Assembly (NCBI GenBank): GCA_036338695.1
Contig: JAYZBQ010000048.1
Location: 224,001 to 288,000 of the forward strand
DNA length: 64,000 nt
Source of the DNA: Myxococcota bacterium
Lineage (GTDB): Bacteria; Myxococcota; UBA4151
Direction of reading: 5' to 3'
Positions 20,482 to 28,704 of the stretch are shown here, in pieces. The first letter of the stretch is position 1, and the number at the start of each line of letters is the position of its first letter. Position numbers and translations under genes: made by a program. The notes under the pieces are model-generated. The model was not told the origin of the DNA and made no database searches. It saw only the letters and a list, made by a program, of their open reading frames with translations.

Positions 20482-21482
20482 TCGTAGCCGTCCTTGGGGC
20501 GGGCAGCTTCGGGACGTCGCTGGCGATCCACCTCGCCCGGCTCGGGCACACGGTCCGGCTCTGGGGCCGCCACAAAGACCACCTCGAAGCGAGCGCTCGG
20601 GCCGGCTACAACACCCGCTACCTCAGCGGCGTTGCGTTTCCGGCGGGGCTGACCTGCGAACCCGACCTCAGCGCAGCCCTGTCTCAAGCGGAGCTCGTCG
20701 TCTCGGCGATCCCCACGCAGGGCGTGCGCGCCTTTTGGGAGGAGGCGGTTGATCACCTCGAGCCGGGCGCGCTCTTGGTCAACGCCGCAAAAGGGATCAG
20801 CACGGACAGCCTCGAGACGATCGACGAGATGCTGCGCTCGATCCTGCCGCGTGCCGAGGCGGGGCGCATCGTTCACCTGAGCGGGCCCTCCTTTGCGCTT
20901 GAGCTCGCATCGGGCAACCCCACGCTCGTCGTCGCCGCCTCTCGTCAAGTGAGCGCCGCTGAGACGGTCCGAGGCGTCTTTAATGGTCAAAACCTCAAGG
21001 TCTACTGCAGCGACGATGTCATCGGGGTCGAGCTCGGAGGCGCGCTCAAGAACGTCATCGCGATCGCGGTGGGCATCGCAGACGGCATGAACACTGGGCT
21101 CAATGCGCGCGCCGGGCTCATCACGCGCGGCCTGCACGAGATCAACCGCCTCGCCACACGCTACGGCGCCAACCCGCTCACCCTCGCAGGCCTCGCCGGG
21201 ATGGGTGACCTGGTCCTCACCTGCACCGGAAGCCTCAGCCGAAACCGAACGCTCGGCTACGCGATCGGTGAGGGCAGGAGCACGCAAGAAGCGATCGAGT
21301 CGCTCAACGGACAAGTCGCCGAAGGGTACTATACAGCGCAGGCGGTACGGCGTCTGGTCGAACGCGACGAGGTCGAGATGCCCATCTGTGAGACCGTCGC
21401 GCGCATCCTAGCTGATGAGATCAGCTCGGCGGATGGCTTAGCGGAGCTGATGGAGCGCGACACGCGCTTTGAGCGCGCCTAA
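20478..21482 (+). CDS. gpsA: NAD(P)H-dependent glycerol-3-phosphate dehydrogenase
   Basis: VLGAGSFGT, KGI, LSGPSFA, GGALKNVIAIA, GDLVLTC, SRN; GTG overlapping the upstream TGA. Confidence 0.95.
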   Translation: MIVAVLGAGSFGTSLAIHLARLGHTVRLWGRHKDHLEASARAGYNTRYLSGVAFPAGLTCEPDLSAALSQAELVVSAIPTQGVRAFWEEAVDHLEPGALLVNAAKGISTDSLETIDEMLRSILPRAEAGRIVHLSGPSFALELASGNPTLVVAASRQVSAAETVRGVFNGQNLKVYCSDDVIGVELGGALKNVIAIAVGIADGMNTGLNARAGLITRGLHEINRLATRYGANPLTLAGLAGMGDLVLTCTGSLSRNRTLGYAIGEGRSTQEAIESLNGQVAEGYYTAQAVRRLVERDEVEMPICETVARILADEISSADGLAELMERDTRFERA

Positions 21483-21483
21483 G

Positions 21484-23046
21484 TCAGCGCTTACGCAACA
21501 CCTTGAGCTCAGTGGTTTGAGCTAAGGCTTCGGCGGCTCCCGGTAGCCCGTACGCGACGCCGCCATCAACGCCCATCGGCGCATGATCCGAACCCACCGA
21601 TCCATCAGGTAGGTAACCAACCGCTTTAAAGGCCGCCTTGTAGGCCGCGTAGTCACCGCCTCGCCGATGCGCCTCAAGCACCGCCTCGCCAACCGCCAAC
21701 CCGCCGCGCGCCAACACCGACTCCACCCAGCTCCAGCGCGAGCTGACGGGGCGAATATTAACCCGTCCTTTGAGCAGTCGGCGCAGCAGCTTAAGCCGCC
21801 GATCGCTCTCTTTGACGCCGATAAAAGGTGCGCAATAAAGCGGCGTGTTGCGTTTGGGCACCAAGGGGCTCAACCCCACGTCAATCGGGAGGATCTTGCT
21901 CAGCTCGATCAGCTCATGCGCCAAGTTTTCAAGGTCCTCATCGTGTTCGGTAGGCAGGCCGAGGACCATATAGATCTTCATCTTCATAAACCCGACCGAC
22001 TTGGCCTCGCGCGCCACGCGCTCGATGTGCTGGTCTTCTGTTTTTCGGCGCACGACCCGGCGCAGGCGCGGTGAGGCGCCATCGAGCGCCACCGTCACCG
22101 TGCGGTAGCCGCCGCGAAAGAGCGCCTCGAGCAGCGGGCGCTTGAGCCGGTCGGCGCGCAGGCTTGAGATCCCGATGGAGAGGTCGCGATCAGCCAGCGC
22201 GTTAACCAGATCCGTGATCTCTCGGTGGTCGGTGACCGCAGCGCCGACCAATCCAACTCGCTCAACGCCTTGCGGGATGGCGTCGAGTACCGCTTGCGCC
22301 GGCACCGGGCGCATCCCCCCGTTGGTCGAGCGCCTCATCACGCAGTACGTACATTGCCGAGAGCAGCCACGCTCTGGCTCGATCAAAAACATTTTACGCA
22401 GCTCGGTCGACTCCGCCACGATCGCCGAATGCGCCGGCAGCAGTACATCATCAGCCTTAGCGACGGGCAGCAAGACCGGCGCACGCTCGGTCGCTACCAC
22501 GACCCCTGGCAGCTCCGATAAGAGCGCACTGAGCGAGGCTTTGTCTTCGCCCTCGATGCGCTGCAGCACCTCTTTGATCAGCCCCTCACCCTCGCCGCAG
22601 ATGAGCACGTCGACGAAGGGCAGCAGCGGAGCCGGGTTTGAGAAGGTCAGCGGGCCGCCGGCGATGACGATCGGGTGGTCGGGCTGCCGCTCACGCCGAA
22701 GCGGCGGCAACCCAAAACGCTCGAGCATGGTGATGACGCCGGCGAGCTCGAGCTCATAGGCCACGCTCAGCGCGATGGCCTCGACCTCGGGCATAGCGCG
22801 GTTGAGCTCATAGGCGAACGGGCGCTCGCTCGGCTCATCGTCGTCGTTAAACGCGCGCAGCGGCGTCCAGCCGTCGGTCGCGAGGATGGAGCGCCAGATC
22901 TGCTGAAAACCCAGGCTGCTCATGCCGACGTGGTAGCCGCTCGGATAGACCAGCGCGCAGCGGTTGGGCGCGTCCGACCAGCGCTCGAGCTGGAGCTCGC
23001 CGGCTAAACGTCGCTGCGGCCCCGAGCGCTGCCGACCACCACTCAA
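21484..23046 (-). CDS. Radical SAM protein with B12-binding-like N-terminal domain
   Basis: YPSGYHVGMSSLG N-terminus; RGCSRQCTYC (CxxxCxxC); ISSLRAD; YMVLGLPTE. Confidence 0.85.
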   Translation of the reverse strand: MSGGRQRSGPQRRLAGELQLERWSDAPNRCALVYPSGYHVGMSSLGFQQIWRSILATDGWTPLRAFNDDDEPSERPFAYELNRAMPEVEAIALSVAYELELAGVITMLERFGLPPLRRERQPDHPIVIAGGPLTFSNPAPLLPFVDVLICGEGEGLIKEVLQRIEGEDKASLSALLSELPGVVVATERAPVLLPVAKADDVLLPAHSAIVAESTELRKMFLIEPERGCSRQCTYCVMRRSTNGGMRPVPAQAVLDAIPQGVERVGLVGAAVTDHREITDLVNALADRDLSIGISSLRADRLKRPLLEALFRGGYRTVTVALDGASPRLRRVVRRKTEDQHIERVAREAKSVGFMKMKIYMVLGLPTEHDEDLENLAHELIELSKILPIDVGLSPLVPKRNTPLYCAPFIGVKESDRRLKLLRRLLKGRVNIRPVSSRWSWVESVLARGGLAVGEAVLEAHRRGGDYAAYKAAFKAVGYLPDGSVGSDHAPMGVDGGVAYGLPGAAEALAQTTELKVLRKR

Positions 23047-25208
23047 AGACCGACCTCGTCGACCACCGCGTCGAACAAGTCCACAACCGCCTGCGTGGTC
23101 TGGTGCTCACGCAGCGCCAACTGCTCACGAAAAACAGGGTCTCGATCGGCTCGAAGTTGTCGCATCATGGCGCGGTGCCTCGGCGCCGCCTCGGAGCCGA
23201 CGAGCTGGCTGCGCAACGACCGCACGCTCTCGTGGTTGAGCTGTACCGGCTTGAGCAGCTCGCTGACCGTATCGATCAACCCTTCAGACTCACTGCCGAG
23301 CACCAAGGTCCCTTGCTCGATCTCGACCGGGGCAAAGGGGACCAGGCGCCCCTTGAGCTCATCGGGAAGCGAAGGAAAAATCGAGGTCCAGAGCGTCAGC
23401 AGGCGCTTCGCCTCGTCGTCAAGCGCAGGTAGCTTCTCGTCACGCTGTGGCGGCGACGGAGGCGCCGAGGTGCAAGGCTCAGGCGCCACTGAGACCGGCG
23501 GTTCAGCCGGCGCAGCCGGCGGGTTGACCGGCTCGGGCGCAGCGGGTGGCGGGCTCACTTCTTGGGTGGGATCCGGAGCCGGCGCAACGCCTGGAGGCGG
23601 CGCCGAGAGCGACGGTTGTGCGCTGCCTGAGCTCGCCTTGATGTTCAGGTTGCCGATCACGAGCTCAACGAAGCCGTGCTCAGCCAGCGCGGCGGCGACG
23701 TCACTGCGTGACCGCTCTTGCCGGCAAATGGCGAGGCGGGCGTCGTCCAAGCGCCCGACGAGTCGCTGCCCATCGATACGAAGCCCTGCCAGGGCGAGCG
23801 TCGCCGCAAGCGGCTGACTCGAGCGCGCCACGGCGTGCAGAAAGGGCGCCGTCGGAACGACCTCCGGCTTGGGGGGCTCACTGACCGGCGGCGGCGCCAT
23901 CTGCGGAGCGCTTCGCTGCTGCCTCTGGGGAGCGGGCGGCGGCGCTGGTGGCGCCGGGCGCTGCGCAGGCTCAGGCCTCCGAGGAGGGGCCGGACGCAGA
24001 CCAAGCGCCTGTCGGCTGTCGTGAGCGGGCTTGGGGCGCTGTGCCCGCGGCGCGCCGCTCGAGCCGGACCGTGGGGCAGCGCCACCTTGAAGCTGATGAA
24101 GCAGCTGACCGAGCGCTTGCGCGCCGGCGCCATCGGCCATCCGCAAGATGGCGAGCTCGAGCACGGTCCGAGGGTGGCCGGTCCGGCTGATCTCGGCGGC
24201 GGCGTCCAGCGCGACACGAAGCCAGCGCCGACCATGAACCGGGTCGAGCAGTCCGGCTAACCGGTTGAGCTCGGCGAGATGCTCAGCGTCCGAGTCGATG
24301 AGCCCGTCGCTTTGCGCCACCTCACCGCAGATCACCAAACCGCGCACCTCAGCCACCAGCGCATCAGCGAAGCGGCGCAGGTCGGCGCCGGCGCTGTACA
24401 GCGCATCGAGCTGCCGCAGCGCGCCGGCGCGATCCTGCTCAGCGCACGCGCCGAGCAACGCCATCACGGCGCGCCGGTCAACCAACCCCAAACAAGCGGC
24501 TGCGGCGGATCCGTCGACATGATCGCCGGTGTAAGCGATCACCTGCTCAAGCAAGCTCAGCGCGTCGCGCATCCCCCCTTCAGCCGCCACCGCAACGACC
24601 CGCAGCGCCTCACGCTCAACCGACAGCTGCTCGCGCCCGCAGACGTGCTCGAGCTGCTCCATGATCCGCCGCGTCGGGATCCGCTTAAAGTCGTGCCGCT
24701 GACACCGCGACTTGATGGTATCGAGCACTTTATGTGGCTCGGTGGTCGCAAAGATAAAATGGACGGCAGGCGGCGGCTCTTCGAGAAGCTTGAGCAACGC
24801 GTTGAACGCCTGGTTGGTGAGCATATGCACTTCATCGATGATGAAGATCCTGCAGCGCAGAGTCGCTCGAGTATGCGCAGTCTCTTGCAGCTGGCGCACG
24901 TGGTCGACGCCGTTGTGGCTTGCGCCGTCGATCTCTTGGACATCCAGCGAATGCCCCCCTGCGATCGCCACGCAGGATGCGCACTGACCACAGGGGTCTG
25001 CCTGTGGCCCGACCTCGCAGTTGAGCGCCATGGCCAGGATGCGTGCTGCGCTGGTCTTACCCACCCCTCGAGGGCCGCAAAATAGGTAGGCGTGATGAAC
25101 CCGCTGACGGGTGATCGCGTTGGCCAGGGTTCGCCCGACCACTTCCTGACCGACCAACGCGTCAAAACGTTGGGGCCGATAGGTTCGCGCCAGCACCTTG
25201 TAGCTCAA
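23043..25208 (-). CDS. dnaX: DNA polymerase III subunit gamma/tau
   Basis: YKVLARTYRPQ, GPRGVGKTS, Zn Cys cluster, DEVHML, SRC, GGMRDALS; GGAGG RBS before the TTG. Confidence 0.96.
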   Translation of the reverse strand: MSYKVLARTYRPQRFDALVGQEVVGRTLANAITRQRVHHAYLFCGPRGVGKTSAARILAMALNCEVGPQADPCGQCASCVAIAGGHSLDVQEIDGASHNGVDHVRQLQETAHTRATLRCRIFIIDEVHMLTNQAFNALLKLLEEPPPAVHFIFATTEPHKVLDTIKSRCQRHDFKRIPTRRIMEQLEHVCGREQLSVEREALRVVAVAAEGGMRDALSLLEQVIAYTGDHVDGSAAAACLGLVDRRAVMALLGACAEQDRAGALRQLDALYSAGADLRRFADALVAEVRGLVICGEVAQSDGLIDSDAEHLAELNRLAGLLDPVHGRRWLRVALDAAAEISRTGHPRTVLELAILRMADGAGAQALGQLLHQLQGGAAPRSGSSGAPRAQRPKPAHDSRQALGLRPAPPRRPEPAQRPAPPAPPPAPQRQQRSAPQMAPPPVSEPPKPEVVPTAPFLHAVARSSQPLAATLALAGLRIDGQRLVGRLDDARLAICRQERSRSDVAAALAEHGFVELVIGNLNIKASSGSAQPSLSAPPPGVAPAPDPTQEVSPPPAAPEPVNPPAAPAEPPVSVAPEPCTSAPPSPPQRDEKLPALDDEAKRLLTLWTSIFPSLPDELKGRLVPFAPVEIEQGTLVLGSESEGLIDTVSELLKPVQLNHESVRSLRSQLVGSEAAPRHRAMMRQLRADRDPVFREQLALREHQTTQAVVDLFDAVVDEVGL

Positions 25209-25395
25209 CCGTCCTCCGGCTCGCCCCTACGGGGCGTACTCCAGCGATGGCGTATCGCGGCAGCCGGTGCAAGCCTGAGCCCCCTGAAGGGGTCGATCTT
25301 TTTGTCCGACGGCCAACGATTCGACAGTACCGCTTGCTCCCGTCACCGCCATTGGCTAAGGCGCCGATCGAAATGTCCCTTCGGCGCGACGTCAG

Positions 25396-25483
25396 GGAGA
25401 AATGGCCGAGAGGTCGAAGGCGTCGCACTCGAAATGCGATGTGGGGAAACCCACCGTGGGTTCGAATCCCACTTTCTCCTCCA
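25396..25483 (+). tRNA. tRNA-Ser(CGA)
   Basis: GGAGAAA/TTTCTCC acceptor stem, TCGCA-CT-CGA-AA-TGCGA anticodon arm, long variable arm, TTCGAAT T-loop, encoded CCA. Confidence 0.95.
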
Positions 25484-25505
25484 TAGCGCCGAAGGGAAAT
25501 TTAAT

Positions 25506-25593
<88 letters not shown>

Positions 25594-25594
25594 T

Positions 25595-25677
25595 GAAGTC
25601 GCGCGACGGTCAAACTGCAAACCCCGCCAGGCCCGGAAGGGAGCAACGGTAGTCAGGGAGACTGGGTGCGCGGCTTC
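25595..25677 (+). ncRNA. ffs: Signal recognition particle RNA (4.5S, small bacterial type)
   Basis: Helix-8 signature CCG-CCAGG-CCC-GGAA-GGG-AGCAA-CGG; closing stem GAAGTCGCGC/GCGCGGCTTC; ends are approximate. Confidence 0.9.
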
Positions 25678-26138
25678 TTCTTTTTTTGACGTCGCGCCTT
25701 GAAAAACCCACTCAGTTGCGACGACGCCTGCGCCTGAAGCACGCCGCGATCGACCTCGAAAACGTGGTTTAGGCGCGGGTCTCTACCGATCGAATACAAG
25801 CTCTCGACCGCGCCCGCCTTCGGGTCGTCGGTGGCATAGATCACTCGGTCGACACGGCTGAGCACCAAGGCGCCGGCGCACATCGCGCAGGGCTCGAGCG
25901 TGACATACAGGGTCACGCCGTGCAGGCGCCACGTCCCGAGGGTCTGCGCAGCCATCTTCAGCGCGTCGATCTCGGCGTGTCCTACCGGGTTCTGGTCTCG
26001 CTCACGCGTGTTCGAGCCCACCCCGACGATGCGCCCCTCAAACACACAGAGCGCACCCACCGGGACCTCTTCGCGCGCCTCAGCCTGCGCTGCCAGCTCA
26101 AGGCAGCGTTGCATGTAGTACTGGTCGACGATGCGCAC
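25653..26138 (-). CDS. tadA: tRNA adenosine(34) deaminase
   Basis: EVPVGA, HAEI, YVTLEPCAMCAGA, DPKAGA, LNH, FFKARR; GGAGG RBS before GTG 26138. Confidence 0.95.
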   Translation of the reverse strand: MRIVDQYYMQRCLELAAQAEAREEVPVGALCVFEGRIVGVGSNTRERDQNPVGHAEIDALKMAAQTLGTWRLHGVTLYVTLEPCAMCAGALVLSRVDRVIYATDDPKAGAVESLYSIGRDPRLNHVFEVDRGVLQAQASSQLSGFFKARRQKKKKPRTQSP

Positions 26139-26188
26139 CGAGCAACCTCCACACGGCAACTGACATCAAATCGATCCGTTGCGGCAGT

Positions 26189-26225
26189 AAAAAAAGAACA
26201 AGGCAGCCAGTAAACTGACTGCCTT
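26189..26225 (-). terminator. Intrinsic terminator directly after tRNA-Arg
   Basis: Minus strand AAGGCAGTCAG-TTTA-CTGGCTGCCTT then GTTCTTTTTTT. Confidence 0.75.
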
Positions 26226-26301
26226 GGCGCGGGAGGAGGGATTCGAACCCCCGACCAACAGGTTCGTAGCCTGGTACTCTATCCAGCTGAGCTACACCCG
26301 C
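26225..26301 (-). tRNA. tRNA-Arg(ACG)
   Basis: GCGGGTGTAGCTCAGCTGGATAGAGT..CAGG-CT-ACG-AA-CCTG..GGGGGTTCGAATCCCTC..GCCA. Confidence 0.95.
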
Positions 26302-26360
26302 TTTGCGGACAGCCTGTTAGGAACTGGCCATCCATATGTCAACGCCGGTGATTCGTCCTC

Positions 26361-26450
<90 letters not shown>

Positions 26451-26478
26451 AAAGGGACGAACTCACCAAGCGACGAGG

Positions 26479-26507
26479 CAACTAGAGCCGAGCGAGCCGG
26501 GCGTCAA
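26479..26507 (-). promoter_or_regulatory. Putative sigma70-type promoter for tRNA-Ser(GCT)/tRNA-Arg
   Basis: TTGACG-N17-TAGTTG on the minus strand, about 30 nt upstream of tRNA-Ser(GCT). Confidence 0.5.
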
Positions 26508-26524
26508 GAATGAAAGCGGGTAAA

Positions 26525-28162
26525 TCAATCGCAGGCGGCGCTCTCGTAGGAGAACGAATAGCTCAGCGGATAGCTCGCCGTGCTCCCTTCACCAAGGCTC
26601 ACGCTCAGATAGAACAAGGCGGGCTCCTCAAAGCCGACTCGCTGCTCCCCCTCACCCGGCGCCGTCGCCAGGACGCGCCCTTGATCGTCGAGCGCTTGGA
26701 GCTGCAACCGCTCGCCGTCTTGACCTGGCCAACCGATGCAGCCAGCGCCGTCGCCAAAGATCGGACCATAAAAATCAACGTCGCCGCGGTACTCAAGCCC
26801 GCCTTCAAACGGTCCGGCACCGTCCGGTAGGAGCGCCGCCGCGCTGAGCCGGTTTCCAGCGGGATCCTCGAGCTCTGTGTTCATAATCATCAGGTCAAAC
26901 TCATGCGCTGAGCCGCTGACCTCAAGAACCGCGTCGCTCGATTGACCGTCGTGACGATAGTGATCACCCCGAGCGTGAGCCCAGACAAACCCCTCGTCAT
27001 CGGCGCGGCCGCCTTGGACCAAACCGGCGCCGTTGTAGACCACGCGGTACACCTGATTCGCCTGCGCCGGGAAGGCGAACCAGTCTGCGCCCCCCTCCTC
27101 GAGCGACCCCTGAACAATCTCACCGCGCCCGACGCTGATCGGAGTGGCCTCCTCAGGGCGGTCGCCGTGATCATCGTCACTGAGCAAGCGCACAAACAAG
27201 GTCCCACTCACCAAGCGCCGGTCGCGATGATTCAAGCGGATCGAGTAGGTCGTCGCCTCGAGCACCTCGTGGCGGGCGCGCCCAAAATATCGGCGGTGAT
27301 CATTCCCACCGACGGACCCCACGCGCAGCGAGATCGCGCCGGTCGCCTCGGCGACCTCGTTGAGCGAGACGCTCACCAACAACGCGCCGGCGCGCTCGGG
27401 GGTGATGTGCAACGTGTCGGTGTCCTCGCGCGTCTCGAGGATAAAGGGCGTCTCGCCTTGCTCGATCGGTGTCGCGCCCTCGTCTCCGTCGGCGTGATCA
27501 TCTTGTGCGGTCGCAGCGACCTCGAGGGCGTACTCAACCGCTCGCTCGTCGGCGTCATCGATCCGCACAAGCACCACGGCGCCCGCCTCGACCTCGGCGC
27601 TCAGAAGCCGGACAAACCGACCATCATCTTCCACTCCGTCACGCGGCACGGCGCGCGCAGGAACCTCGACCTCGGGGGCTACGAACAGCTTGATGTTCGG
27701 CACCACCGGCGGCGCCTCGCCCTCTTCGCGCACCGCGTCCGGCCCGGAGTCCCCGATCAAGCGCACGCTCACCCGCTCAATGCCGCCGGCGCTCACGCCG
27801 TCGAGGCGGTACCAGTCGCTGCCGTCCCCGCCGTTGCGATTGAGGGTGCCCTCGACCGTCGCGCCGCGCGCCACCACCATCGCACCACCGACGCAGTCGC
27901 CGTCATCGCATGTTTCGAGCGGGAGGCAGACATCCCCCACCGCCTGTGCGCCCTCATCGCATGAGCAGACCGCTCGCCCCTCAACCGCCGCGCACTGCGT
28001 TTTGAGCGCGTCTGTGCACGGGTTGGGCTCGCACGGGTCCACCGGCGCGACCCCAGCGTCCGGGACCACCTGACCTGCGTCAGGCAAAGGCACCGCCTCG
28101 GGCGTCGAGAGCAGGCTGCAGCCCGCCATCATCGAACACAGAATCAATCCTCGGATGCTCAC
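26525..28162 (-). CDS. Lipoprotein with EGF-like Cys module and repeated PPC-like domains
   Basis: Lipobox MMAGC; PDAG linker; DPCEPNPC..CSCDEG; repeated DDH.D....AT.I...G.L....D.D.(Y/F). Confidence 0.75.
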   Translation of the reverse strand: MSIRGLILCSMMAGCSLLSTPEAVPLPDAGQVVPDAGVAPVDPCEPNPCTDALKTQCAAVEGRAVCSCDEGAQAVGDVCLPLETCDDGDCVGGAMVVARGATVEGTLNRNGGDGSDWYRLDGVSAGGIERVSVRLIGDSGPDAVREEGEAPPVVPNIKLFVAPEVEVPARAVPRDGVEDDGRFVRLLSAEVEAGAVVLVRIDDADERAVEYALEVAATAQDDHADGDEGATPIEQGETPFILETREDTDTLHITPERAGALLVSVSLNEVAEATGAISLRVGSVGGNDHRRYFGRARHEVLEATTYSIRLNHRDRRLVSGTLFVRLLSDDDHGDRPEEATPISVGRGEIVQGSLEEGGADWFAFPAQANQVYRVVYNGAGLVQGGRADDEGFVWAHARGDHYRHDGQSSDAVLEVSGSAHEFDLMIMNTELEDPAGNRLSAAALLPDGAGPFEGGLEYRGDVDFYGPIFGDGAGCIGWPGQDGERLQLQALDDQGRVLATAPGEGEQRVGFEEPALFYLSVSLGEGSTASYPLSYSFSYESAACD

Positions 28163-28704
28163 GCACGCTCCTCCGCCTCAACAGAGACCAACAAAGCGCC
28201 CTTCTCAACGTTGTCGCCCACCTCGGCGCACAGCGCGCTGATCCGGCCATCGCCGCTCGCCGTCAGCTCATTCTCCATCTTCATGGCTTCGACCACAACC
28301 AAGCCCTGACCAGCGACCACGCGGTCGCCCGGCGCCACCAGATAACGCAGCACTTTTCCAGGCATCGGGGCATGAACTGCGCCAGCCTCCGCTTCATCCT
28401 CTCCGCCCACGGCGTCACGCATCCGCACGCGCCGCTGATCCAAGACATCGAGCGCGTAGACCCGGTCACGTACGAGGACGTTAACCCGACCGTCAAAGGG
28501 GTCTGATCCATCGCCAGCCCACTCGACGACTGCGTCGTATGAGTATTGCTCATCGACCAGCATATGCATCATCGCGCCCGGCAAGCGCCGCAGATCGAGG
28601 CGGCGAACGACGTCGTCATACGAGAGGATCAGGTCATCCCCGTCCGCCTCGACGCCCACCTCGACGGTCTCCCCATCTGCGAGCCGAACAACATAGGTTT
28701 TCAT
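28159..28704 (-). CDS. Biotin carboxyl carrier subunit
   Basis: APMPGKV..VVEAMKMENE biotinylation motif; ATGA overlap with the upstream gene. Confidence 0.92.
   Translation of the reverse strand: MKTYVVRLADGETVEVGVEADGDDLILSYDDVVRRLDLRRLPGAMMHMLVDEQYSYDAVVEWAGDGSDPFDGRVNVLVRDRVYALDVLDQRRVRMRDAVGGEDEAEAGAVHAPMPGKVLRYLVAPGDRVVAGQGLVVVEAMKMENELTASGDGRISALCAEVGDNVEKGALLVSVEAEERA

Noticed and set aside
23043..25208. Programmed -1 frameshift in dnaX
   Set aside because: I saw no A-AAA-AAG heptamer or long A-run on the coding strand
25334..25362. Promoter TTGCTC-N17-TAAGGC for the plus-strand tRNA/ffs cassette
   Set aside because: Position is plausible but the match is too weak to list as a feature
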